Positions 25,775-39,461 of a stretch of DNA of 64,000 nt are shown here, in pieces (position 1 is the stretch's first letter; every line of letters begins with the position of its first letter). Below the pieces are notes generated by a model. It saw only the letters and a list, made by a program, of their open reading frames with translations. It made no database searches and was not told the DNA's origin. Source of the stretch: the human T2T-CHM13v2.0 reference genome, Homo sapiens; NCBI RefSeq assembly GCF_009914755.1, contig NC_060928.1. The stretch is one strand, 5' to 3'. The position numbers and the translations under genes were made by a program.

Positions 25775-27359
25775 GTGAGTGCGGGGCATAAACAAGTGTT
25801 GGGCATTGCATGAACAGATGGATGCGTAGAGTTTTAAGGTTTGAGAGAGGTTCAGAGGAAAAGCTATCTGTTGTAAATAGGGATGCTTTGCAGACCACTA
25901 CTTTATGCAGTTTGCCCACTAAACAATTTCTGAATGGGCAAGAAAAACTGGGAGCCCATTTTCTTAGCATTTAGTGGTGAATTTTATGTGGTTATATATG
26001 TGTATCTTGGACCTTATCTTTATAGATGAAAGCAGGAAAAACATATTTCTCTGTAGAAAATTGCTTTATTCCGGGTTAATTTATCTAAATTTTGTGTGAT
26101 TATTCATTGTGCAGGGTAATTTCTCATTTGTCCATTGTTCTTATTTTTCTTGAATTGGTATTGCCTAAGGCACTACAAATTGTTGAGGTGCAAATACCAA
26201 TTATTACTCAGAAATGACCAGCTAGTTATCTTCAAGAAACGCAAGCTTTGACTTGAATTATTTTATCATTTGAAACTCTATTTCCCTATGAGTTTTCAGT
26301 GGTAGCAGGGTTATTCAGGCAAAAAAATTAAGGATTTCCTTAACGTCTAATTTTAAGGAAGGGGATTATAAAAGAAAGTGAATGGTTGTTCTAATTAGCT
26401 AGGAAAACTTATACATTGTAGGTTAATATAGGAGTGATGCCAGGGATATGGAGTGGAGTGCTGAGTCTGTGTGAGGACCCTAAGGAGGTGGTGCATGGGG
26501 CACTGTGTTTTAAGAGGACTATCCTTCATTAGATAATCTGCAACTCACATTTTCCTCAAACACCAGCAACTTGTTAACATGTTTTGCCTGAGAAAATGAG
26601 TAACCAAATCTTCACACCCTTTTAAGACTGGAGAGTAGGCAGACTTCATGCCTTGATGCACCACAGAGGGACCCTCTTTTCAAGTTTGCACAGAACTCTT
26701 CTGGTGCCTCCCCCACCATTCTTTCCAACCTCCAGCCCTTTGAGACACCAGCCTGACACTAGTTGTGTCTATAATGAATGAGGAGGAGTGGCAACATCCC
26801 ATTCCCTGTCACAGACCTGAAAAATTCCATTGAAATATTTTATCTGAAGCAGAATCTGACCTCAGGCATACAATATCCTTTGTTCACATTTCTCACTCTG
26901 CTCACCACTGAAGTGGTGAATTTTAACACAAGAAGCTCAAGAAAGATGTGCAAAATAGGGTATAGGGATATACAAATCCTTATTTTATTAACACTGTAAA
27001 TTCTACTTCCTCAGAATTTCCAATTTTTCCCTGCCTAGCAGCATAAAGACAGTTAAAGGGACTTTTGGTGACATTCCCCTTGTTTAATGAAGCTTGGATT
27101 TATGGGCAAGTGCCTTGAACTGCTGTTATTATCTGCATGAGTGAATAAGGGCTGAGGGTCCAGATCTGTGCAAAGAGTTCTACTGCAAATAGGCACATTG
27201 ATCATTCATAATCAGACCTACCAGGTCAGCAGTGCTGCAGTGCCAGCAGGCTCTGAAAAAGCTGACCAAGGGAGCAGTAGTGCTCACAGGTTAATGTAAT
27301 ATTCAGGCAGAATAAGATCTTTCTTATATACTAATCTCTTTGCTTTTTTTCTGGCATAG

Positions 27360-27433
27360 TGGGAGTGAGAGCTAAAACACACTTGAACTATATCTCATAT
27401 AACCAATCGCAGAGCCATCCTCTGTTCATCTGA
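27360..27433 (+). other. Candidate exon start (strong acceptor) to first in-frame stop
   Basis: TACTAAT branch site (27329-27335) + ctctttgctttttttctggcatAG; 3' end of exon undetermined. Confidence 0.3.
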
Positions 27434-28689
27434 GGGTTCTACCTGTTTCCAGAGCCTTACTTCTTTTAGAAGTGCATTTCTTCTGTGTAAAAGTTTGTGC
27501 TTTAGATCTGCCATTGCCATACTATTTAGGGTATTATGAAACTGCTTTGTTGTAAATATATTATCTTCTGATTCCCGATGTTATCTCACATGAGAGGTCA
27601 CATTTAGAAGAGAGCAATTACAAGACATCACTATTTGAAGCTTCAGGGTGAATGTTGTACCAAATGTTTGTTTCTTCATCATTCCCTGGGCTAATAAGTA
27701 TTAAAATATATATTTGAATACATCAACATCTGATTTAAAAATTTAGCTTTGTGTAAATTACTGTATTTATAAAAACCTGATGAAAATATTACTATCATGA
27801 TCCATTAGAGTGGTATTCATTTCACATCACCATCTTTGTGTGTATTGTACTGTGGATGCAATCATTTGGGGACAATTGAAAAGGTGAGTGCCTTCTTCTA
27901 GGTGTACAAATTTTGCAGAGCTAGAAATAAATATGTTTTAGGTTTTCTGCTTCCCAATTCTTCTTAAAAGAGTCACAAACGTAAGGAGGTATTAATCACT
28001 GAAGGGCACAGTGATGCTTCTAGGGGTGTAAAATTTTAGCAGAGTCTCAAATCTAAGAGGAGGATTTTGAGATTAATATCATATGCTGAGAGCACCAGAA
28101 ACCTAATTTGATATCCTATGTTCATACAGCAAAATGGTGTTGCTAGCCCATTGTGAATTGGATGTGCTTTGTGAATTATTTTCCTATTGGTGATGAATTT
28201 GCAGTGATATATCTGCATGCAATCATTCAATTGACCTTGTTACCAATGACAAGCATATGTCAGATGGTTGGCAAGGGTGGGAGTTTACTGTCATTTGAAT
28301 GATGATTCCATGAGCTTGTTAGTATGATCGCCTAATCAGCTATGCTAAGTGAGCACAGGGTACATCAAAGGGTTAAGAAGAAAAATGTGACCAGTTCATT
28401 AATCACTTCTTCAGAGACCTGATTCAGGAAATCGTTGGAATTCAACTGAGGGCATGATTCTCCCACCTTGTGTTGAGAAATGAGACAGAATTCTTACTCT
28501 AAAACAACCAAATATATACATTTACATATGGAAGTAGTTTTAGATTTTTTGCCATGTTGTCAAATAAACTTTACAATCATCCTAAAATCATCAAATCCCA
28601 GCAGGCTTTGATTATTGATTTGTAATAGCTAAATACTTAGTCAATATTTAAGGTAATGGTGATTTGATTTAAACTATTATTTGGGAAAA

Positions 28690-28862
28690 TTTGAATCCTA
28701 GAGCTTTATAAATTAAAGGGACTTGATTTAATAACTCAATAGCTAAGTTATCTTGAGGCTCAGGAAAGTTAAATGACAGTCCTGAGGCCATTCTGCTGGA
28801 GATCTGAGATTTAAGCCTCGGGACTCCTAGTTTTTAGCTCAGTGTTCCTCACTTTATGCTCT
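28690..28862 (-). mobile_element. MIR (MIR3/MIRc-like)
   Basis: ttgaggctcaggaaagttaaatgacagtcctgagg...ctcctagtttttagctcagtgttcct. Confidence 0.6.
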
Positions 28863-29054
28863 GTAGTAATTTGCATCCTTCAGTTTTGCACACATGAATA
28901 TGAGTTTCTGATGTCAAAAAATGTGAAGAATAAAACCATTCTGGTAACCATGGTAATTTTATATGAGACTTCTATTCTTTTTTATTGTCTTTTCATTTGT
29001 TTGGCTAGTAAGCTTTTTAAAAACATTTTCCAATACATTCAACACAAACTGCAC

Positions 29055-31020
29055 TTTTAAAAATATTGTATTTGAGAATTATTTTATACTTATAGAAAAG
29101 TCACAAGAATAAAACAACTAATCCCCACATACTCTTTACCCAGCTTCTCCAATATTAACGTTTTATCATATTTGCTTCATTCTTTCTCTATTGTATAAAT
29201 ATATTTATTTTTTAACCATTTGAAATCATTGCGGATATTGAAGCTTGATATTTCAGTGTGTATTTCCTTAAAACAAGGGCATTTTCCTGTATAACAACAG
29301 TACAACCATCAAAATTCAGGTATTACCATTGATAGATCCACCGTGTAATCCACAGTCACCATTCAAATTTCACCTTTTATTCAAATTATATCTTTAAAAG
29401 GTCCAGGATTCGACAGAGAATCATTTGCTGTATTAAATGTCATGTCTCTTAAATATCCTTCAGTCTGCAAAATTTCTCAGTCTTCTCTTGTCTTTCATGA
29501 TCTTGATAATTTTGAAGAGTATGAGCCAGTGGCTTTGTGGAACATCCCTCAGTTGGGGATGGTCTGAGGTTTCCACATAACTAAATTTAGGTTATGTATA
29601 TTTGGCAGGAATGCAACAGAAATAATGTTGTATCATTTTCTGTTTGTAACAACAGGTACCCTCTTACAATTTTCCCGTGTTTGGTAGCTACACTTTGATC
29701 ACTTGATTAAAGTGTTGTCTGCCAGGCTTCTCCATTGTCAAGTATTTCATACTTATTAAAAAATAATCATTAAGTATTTATGGAGATAGTTTTGAAATTG
29801 TATAAGTATTTTATTTCTCATTAGACTGTCACCTGTTAGTATTAACATCCATTGATGATGCTTTTCTGATACAATTTTTTCATAGTTGCCAAATAGCTAT
29901 TTTCTTATACTGTTGTTCCTTCTACATTTATTTGTCGATAATTGACTGTAAGGAAGGCCTTTCCTATCTCTCCCATTTATTTATTTAATAATTATCTATT
30001 TATATCAATATGAACTCAAGGATATTGATTTTATTCACTGACTTATATTTTATGATTGTTATTTATTTTGATGCTCTAATTGTCTCATGTTTGACCAGTG
30101 GAAATTTTTTCAAAGATACTCCCATGTCTTCTTGACACGTCCTCCTCCTCTTTCTAGCACTTATTTTCTGAGAAGCCGAGATGTTCAAGGATCATCTTAG
30201 ACTTTTTCTGCCCAAGCCTTGAAACAACCAGTTCTTTAAGGAGCCCTAGTTCTTTTTATTGGGGAGCGGTATTCACAAACCACAATCTGTGCACTGGGTG
30301 TGTTCATTGTTATGGTTCATTATTGCATTATTACTTCTAGGATCTCTCAGAAAATCAACCCAGGAAATATATGTATATTTTTATGACATACATACATGCA
30401 TGCATACAAACATCTATCTGTCATCTATGTATGTCTATCTATCATACGTCTTTTTTAAAAAAAAACTTGAGTTTAAACTGATACTTCCAATTCCAATCTA
30501 ACATAACATATTTAGCCTTCTCTCTTTTCATATTTATAAATCCCTTCTCCAACAGTGAGAAATCTGGCTCTTCGCCATCATAATATATTTACTAATTTGC
30601 TTAATCCCCTGTATGTAACCAGTCTGGAAACATGCAAGCCCTGACACACACTATGGGCCTCAACCACATGGGATTCCTCCTTATCTCTGGCCCCAGATAA
30701 TATACTACACTGGTAAAGTTCCTAACTAAACATGCCAGGAAAATCCCCAGCTAGGGTGTCATATCCTCCGCATCCCTGATGAGTCTCTGTAAAATGCTTG
30801 TGGAAGTTCATGGCCAAGACCTCTCTGTCCCAGTCCCTGGTTCAATGCAGTGTATGAAACTGATGAATTCTTGTCCAAAAGTTTAATTCTGACTTTATCC
30901 CTGTCACTATAACCATAAAAGAGAATCCCTGGCCTGGTTCCACCACACCCTGCCTCAATCCCAGCCCTGGCGAACATACCTACCAAAGTTTTGGCTCCGA
31001 TTAAGGAAGGGGAATAGAAA
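29055..31020 (-). mobile_element. L1MC5-like 3' region
   Basis: atttcctta aaacaagggcattttcctgtataac...cccttctccaacagtgagaaatctggctc...cccctgtatgtaacc, then the GC-richer L1MC5 segment ending aaggaaggggaa. Confidence 0.7.
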
Positions 31021-31234
31021 ACTCATTCTATACCCTTTGATTTCCTTTTTTCGATTATTGTTTAACAGGAAATAGAGCTAGATCTTTGCTAGATGGCCTG
31101 ACTCAACTATTGAATCTAAGTCTTCACATGTTACCACATTTTGGTCTTTGATATTTAATTTAATTATTTTAGCTTGTTATTAATTTTTGTTGCATTTAAA
31201 AAATTGTGAATTCTCCCTTTCCTTTTTATATCTG

Positions 31235-31595
31235 CCATTTTTTTATTGGGGTTTAATTTATACACATTAAAATTTGCCAATTCAAAATGTACAATTTAAC
31301 GAGTTTTGATAAATGTGTACAGTTACGTAACCTCCACCACAATCATGATATAGGCTAGTTTTACCACCCTTAGTTTTAACACTCTGTGTTTCTTTGCAGT
31401 CAGTGACCTCCCCCCACATCCTGCCCCTGGCAACCACCTATATGCTTTATGTCACTGTAGATTTGCTTTTTCTAGAAATTCATATGAATGGAATTATACA
31501 GTATGGAGTCTTTGTGCCTGCCTTTTTTTTCACTTAGCTTAATACTTTTGAGACATATCCATGTTGTTGTGTATACCAGTACTTGATTCCTTTCT
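31235..31595 (-). mobile_element. L1ME1-like 3' end
   Basis: gtacaatttaacgagttttgataaatgtgtacagtt...cccctggcaaccacc...ggaattatacagtatg. Confidence 0.7.
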
Positions 31596-34060
31596 ATTTT
31601 ATTTTATTTTGTTGTGGTTAGAATACTTAACTTGGGCTCTACCCTCTTAACAAATTTTTAAGTGTCTAATACATTATTGTTGACTATGGGTGCAATATGT
31701 TACAGCAGATCTCTAGAGCTTATTCATCTTGCTTGACTAACTCTGTTGATTAGTAACTTTTGATTTCCACCTCCTCTCAGCCCCTGGAAACTACCATTCT
31801 GCTCTTTGATTTTATGAATTTGACTATTTTGCATATCTCATATCAGTGCAATCATTCAGTATTGTTCTATGACTGGCTTATTTTACTTAGCATAATGTCC
31901 TCAAGATTCATCCATGCTGTCACATATTACAGAATTTCCTTCTGTTTTTTTAAAGTTGACTAATATTCTATAACAGGGTTGTTTCTAAATCTTAGCTGTT
32001 GTAAATGGTGCTACAATAAACATAGATGTGTTAATATCTTTGTGAGATCCTGATTTCTTCTCTTTTGGATAAATAACCAGAAGTGAGATTGCTAGATCAT
32101 GTGGTGGTTCTATTTTTTTTTTTTGTAATATCCAAAATACTTTTCATAAAGCCTGTACCAACTTTTAGTCCAGCCAGCAAGGTGTAAGGTTTCCTTTTAT
32201 CCACATCCTTGCCAACACTTGTTATCTTTTGACTTTTTGATCAGTTATCCTAACAGTTGTGAAATGATAATCTATTGTGATTTTGATTTGCATTGCCCTG
32301 ATAATTAGTGATGTTGAACATTTTCTTTAATGTACTTTTTGGCCATTTGTATGTCTTCTTTGGAGAGATGTCTATTCAGGTCTTTTGCTCATTAAAAAAA
32401 TTGGATTATTTGCTTTTTTTGTTTTGCTATTGAATTGTATGAGTTCCTTGTATATTTTTGATATTAACCCTTTACCAAATATATGGTTTGCAAATATCTT
32501 CTCCAATTCTGTGGGCCGCCTTTTCAATTTGTCAACTGTTACTTTTGCTGTGCCAAAACTTTTTAGTTTGATGTAGTCTTATTTGTTTATTTTGCTTTTG
32601 CTTTTTGATCCAAAAAATCGTTGCCCAGACTAATGTCATGAAGCTTTTCTCTTAGTTTTCTTTGAGTAGTTTTACAGTTTCAGGTCTTATCTTTAAGTGT
32701 TTTATCCATTTTGAGTTGATTTTTGTATATGGTGTGACATAAGGGTCCAAAATTATTATTCTGTATGTGGCTATCCAGTTTTCCCAACATCATTTGTTGA
32801 AGAGACTATCATTTCCCCGTTGTGTATTCTTAATACCTTTGTCAAAAATTAGTTGCCTACATATGTGTAGTTTATTTTTAAGCTTTTTATTCTGCTCCAT
32901 TGGTCTATATGTCTGTTTTTGTGCCAGTACTATGCTGTTTTGATTACTATAACTTTATAATAAGATTTAACATTAGAAAGTGTGATGCCCCCAGCTTTGT
33001 TCTTGTTCAAGATTGCTTTAGCTATTCAGGGTCTTTTCTGGTTTTATACAAATTTTAGGATTGTTTTCTATCTTTGTAACATATGTCATTAGAATTTTGA
33101 TAGGGATTGAATTGAATTTGTAGGTTGCTTTGGGTAGTTTGCACATTTTACAATATTGATTCTTCTAGATCCATGAACATAGGATATTTTTCTATTTATT
33201 TGTGCCTTCTTCAATTTCTTTCATGAATTTTTATACTTTGTAGTCTAGATCTTTTACATTCTTGGTTTAAATTTATTCCTAAGTATTTATTCTTCTTGAT
33301 ACTATCATAAATGGTATTGTTTCTTGATTTCTGTTTTGGATAATTTATCCTTAGTGTATAGAATTGCAACTAATATTTGTATGTTAATTTTGTGTCCTGA
33401 AACTTTACTGAATTTGTTTATTAGTTCTAATAGTTTTGTGTGTGTGTATGTGTGTGTGTGGACCCTTTAGGACTTTCTCTATATAAGATGATGTCATCTG
33501 CAAACAGTGACAATTTTTCCTCTTTTTTTTCAATGCAGATGTCTTTCATTTTATTCCCTTGCCTAATTGCTCTGGCTAGCACTTGCAGTTGTATGTTGAA
33601 TAGAAGTGGTGAGCATGTGCATTATTGTCTTGTTCCTAACCTTACAGGAAAAGCTTTCAACATTCCATCATTGAGCATGATGTTAGAGGTGGGCTTGTGA
33701 TATATGGCTTTCATTGTTTTGGCTAATTTGTGGATAGTTTTTATTATAAAGGAGGGTTGAATTTTGTAAATGCTTTTTCTGCACCTGTTGAGATGATCAT
33801 GTGATTTTTATTCTTTCTTCTCTTAATGTGGTGTTTTATATTTATTTATTTGTATATGTTGAATCACCTTTACACTTTACATTCCAGGGATAAATCTCAC
33901 ATGACATAGTGTATGATCCTTTTAATGTGCTGTTGAATTCAGTTTGCTAGTATTTTGTTGAAAATTTTTGCCTATATTTTCATCAGGAATATTGGCCTGT
34001 ATTTTTCTTTTTTATATTGTGCTTGCCTGGTGGTGTTAGCATGACAATCCCAGCCTTGTA
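31596..34060 (-). mobile_element. 5'-truncated L1MA9/10-like LINE-1
   Basis: ctaccctcttaacaaatttttaagtg...cagcagatctctagagcttattcatcttg, then antisense ORF2 (atgtcatctgcaaacag = reverse of the FADD motif); (TG)n at ~33438. Confidence 0.85.
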
Positions 34061-34074
34061 AGTTTTACAACCAT

Positions 34075-34460
34075 AAAAATGAAAAATTATTACATTTTAT
34101 TTATTGCTTTATAGGGTAAACAGACATAATATTCATGACAATAGACTTAAGAAGGGGAATACAATGGAAATGTATGCTGATACAATGATCCTACATTTTA
34201 CCAGAAGTGACTTAAAATTATCCACAAATAGATTGGCTAGGTATAAGCTACATATATAATTTCTGGTTTAACCACTACATGCAGAGATAGAAATAGAAAG
34301 CAAGTGAAGGTATTAAAATAGCTTTTTAAATGCAATAGATTAATATACAAAACAAGGCAAAAAAAGATGAAGAGAAAAAGAATACTAAATGAGAAAATTA
34401 AAAAACGAATAGTAAAATAGCAGCCAAAAATTTAATCATATCAATAATTACATTAAATGT
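34075..34460 (+). mobile_element. Old L1M inter-ORF/ORF2-start segment, inverted relative to its neighbour
   Basis: A-rich sense sequence ending catatcaataattacattaaatgt (ORF2 N-terminal ISIITLNV). Confidence 0.65.
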
Positions 34461-34464
34461 ATAA

Positions 34465-36130
<1,666 letters not shown>

Positions 36131-37089
36131 CACCAGCTACTTTCTCTTGCATTATTTTAAAAGAGTGGTGTTCTATGTTGTTTATTCTGTGTTAATCCAG
36201 GGCTTTTGCTTTCTATCTTCTAAAATGTTCAACACTTCTTGCCCTTAGGGCATCTTTTCTTGTTTTTCAGAACTATTATTTATTTTTAAATTTTTCCTGT
36301 CATGTTAGAAAATTTGGAATGGGAATAGAGATAAATACAAATACTACGCCTCCCACGTTGACCCAATCTTCTCAATATTGTTACTTACTTTTAAATTTCA
36401 TATTCATAAATCAGTTCATTATTCTAAGCAATCAAGAATATTTTGAATTTTTTTCAAAAAATAAGATTAAAAATCTGTAATTAAAGCAAAAGGTTATTTG
36501 AATTTAGTTATTCAGGATAGAGTTTAAATTAATTGGCAGTCTGAATATTTTTGGTTTTTCTCTAAAATTTTTCTATAATATTTGGATTTTCTAGGTCTTT
36601 ATTTCAAGTGCATTTATAAAAAGACTCTTATTTGTATTCTTGACTTCATTTTCAGGCCTCATTTACCCATCAAGATGTAAACTTCTTGTAGACATAGACT
36701 TTGCATACCCAGAAAAACAACCTTGGGCCTTGGCGATGTTGACTAATCTACATTTATTTTACCTTTCTCCATTTCTCTCTAATTGAAGTAGATGAAGGAA
36801 GGTTGATTCACTTAAGATGATTAAACTGAGCACTTCATCCTGATCTAAATTTTCTTAAGGACGCTGTTTATAAAGGTACAGATTTTTATTTTCCTACTAC
36901 CTTGTTAGGTATATAATATCCATATTTTATCTTTGTTATTTTATTTTTTTAATTTCTATTTTAGATTTAGGAGTAAATGTGCAGGTTTATTATACAGGTA
37001 ATTTGCATGTGATAGAGGTTTGGTGTAAAGATTATTTCATCACCCAGATAATAAGCCTAGTACCTCATAGGTAGTTTTTTGATCCTCAC

Positions 37090-37443
37090 TGATATGGTTT
37101 GGCTGTGTCCCCACCCAAATCTCATCTTGTATTCCCGCATGTTGTGGGAGGGACCCAGTGGGAGGTAATTGAATAACTGGAGCAGGGGTGTCTTTCCCAT
37201 GCTGTTCTCTTGATGGTGAATAAGTCTCACGAGATATCATGATTATTCTAATGGGGAGTTTCTGTGCACAAGCTCACTTTTTGCCTGCTGCCATCCATCT
37301 AAGATGTGACTTGCTCCTCCTTCCCTTCTGCCATTATTGTGAGGCCTCCCCAGCCACGTGGAACTGCGAGTCCATTAAAACCTCTTTTTCTTCCCAGTCT
37401 CAGGTATGTCTTTATCAGCAGCATGAAAAAATGAACTAATGCA
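37090..37443 (+). mobile_element. THE1B (MaLR) solo LTR
   Basis: tgatatggtttggctgtgtccccacccaaatctcatcttg...gaactaatgca; 5-bp TSD ctcac on both sides. Confidence 0.93.
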
Positions 37444-39158
37444 CTCACCCTTCTCCCACTCTCCACCCTCAAGTAGGCCTCAGTATGTTGTTCCCTTCTT
37501 TCTGTCCATATATACTCAATGTTTAGCTCCCATTTATAAGTGAGAATATGTGGTATTTGGCTTTCTGTTCCTGTGTGAATTCTCCTAAGATAATGGCCTC
37601 CATCTCCATTCATGCTGCTGCAAAGGACATGGTCTCATTTTTTTTAAGGCTGCATAGTATTCCATAGTGCATATGTACTACATTTTCTTTATCTGGTCTA
37701 CCATTGATGGGCATTTAGGTTGATTCCATGTCTTTGCTATCATGAATAGTGCTACAATGAAGATGTGTGCACATGTGTCTTTGTGACAAAACAATTTATA
37801 TTCCTTTGGATACATACCCAACATGGGATTGCTGAGTAAAATGGTAATAATGTTTTAAATTCCTTGAGAAATTGCCAAACTGCTTTCCATAGTGGTTGAA
37901 CTAATTTAAATTCCCACCAACGGTGTATAAGCATTCCCTTTTCTCTATAACTTTCCCAGCATCTGTTATTTTTTGATTTGTTAGTAATGGACATTCTGAC
38001 TGTTGTAAAATGGCATCTCATTGTGGTTTTGATTTGCATTTATCTGATGATTAGTGATGTTGAGCATTTTTTTCATATGCTTCTTGGCCACATGTATGTC
38101 TTCTTTGAAAAGTGTCTGTTCGTGTCTTTTGTCCATGTTTGAATGGAGTTGTTCGTTTTTTGCTTGTTGGTTTGTTTAAATCTGTTATAGATGCTGGATA
38201 TTAGACCCTTGTCAGATGCACAGTTTGCAAATGTTTTCTCCCAGTTTGTAGGTTGTCTGTTTACTCCATTGATAGTTTATTTGCTGTGAAGAAGCTCTTA
38301 GTTTAATTACATCCCATTTGTTGAATTTTTGTTTTTGTTGCAATTGCTTTTGGCATCTTCATTGTAAACCTCTGCCAGTTCCTATAATCTAGAATAGTAT
38401 TTCCTAGGTTATCTTCCAGGGTATTTAGTCTAGGAGATTTTACATTTAAATCTTTAATTTATCTTGAGTTGATTTATGTATATGATGTAAGGAAGGGGGT
38501 CAGTTTCAATCTTCTACATATAGCTAGCCCATTATCCCAGCACAATTTATTGAATAGGGAGTCCTTTCCCCATTGCTTGTGTTTGTAGATTTGTTGAAGA
38601 TCAGATGGATATGCAGCATTACTTCTGGGATCTCTGTTCTGCTTTTTTTGTTTTGTTTTGTTTTGTTTTGTTTTGGTCTGTGTGTCTGTTTTTGTACCAG
38701 CACCATACTGTTTTGGTTACCGTATCACTGTAGAATAGTTTGAAGTTGAGTACTGTGATACCTCCAGCTTTGTTCTCTTTGCTTAGGATTGGCTTGGCTA
38801 TTCGGGCTCTTTCTTGATTCCATATGAATTTTAAGGTAGTTTTTTTCTAATTCTGTGAAGAATTTCGGCAGTTTGATAAGAATAGCATTGAATCTATCAA
38901 TTGCTTTGGGCAGTATATCCATTTTAACAATATTGATTCTTCATATCCATGAGCATGAAATGTTTTTCTATTCATTTGTGTCTTCTCTGATTTCTTTGAG
39001 CAACGTTTTAGAATTCTCATTGCAGAGGTCTTTTGCCTCCTTGGTAATCTGTGTTAGTAGGTATTTTATTCTTTTTGTGGCTATGATAAATGAGATTACA
39101 TTCTTGAGTTTGCTCTCAGTTTGGATGTTATTGGTGTATGGGAATGCTACTGATTTTT

Positions 39159-39461
39159 TATTTTATTTTATTTTATTTTTTTGAGAGACGGTCTTGCTCT
39201 GTTAGGCTGGAGTGGACTGGCATGATTACAGGTCACTGTAGCCTCAAACTCTTGGGTTCAATAAATCCTTCCACCTCAGCATCCTGAGGAGCTAGGACTA
39301 CAGACATGAACTGCCACATCTGGCTAATTTTTGTATTTTTTTGTAGAGACAGAGTTTTGTCATTTTGCCCACGCTGGTCTCAAAATCCTGGGCTCAAGCA
39401 ACTCACCTTCCTCAGCCACCCAAAATGCTGGGATTACAGGCATAAGCCACCACACTCAGCA
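39159..39461 (-). mobile_element. AluJ (Jo/Jr-like)
   Basis: Antisense Alu with J-type gcctcaaactcttggg; TSD ggaatgctactgattttt / ggaatgctacagattttt. Confidence 0.92.

Noticed and set aside
30759-30986. GC-richer segment with a 75-aa ORF, considered as a viral or processed-pseudogene insert
   Set aside because: Flanks and position fit the GC-rich segment of the L1MC5 3' region; no frame matched a protein I recognise, and there is no TSD or poly(A)
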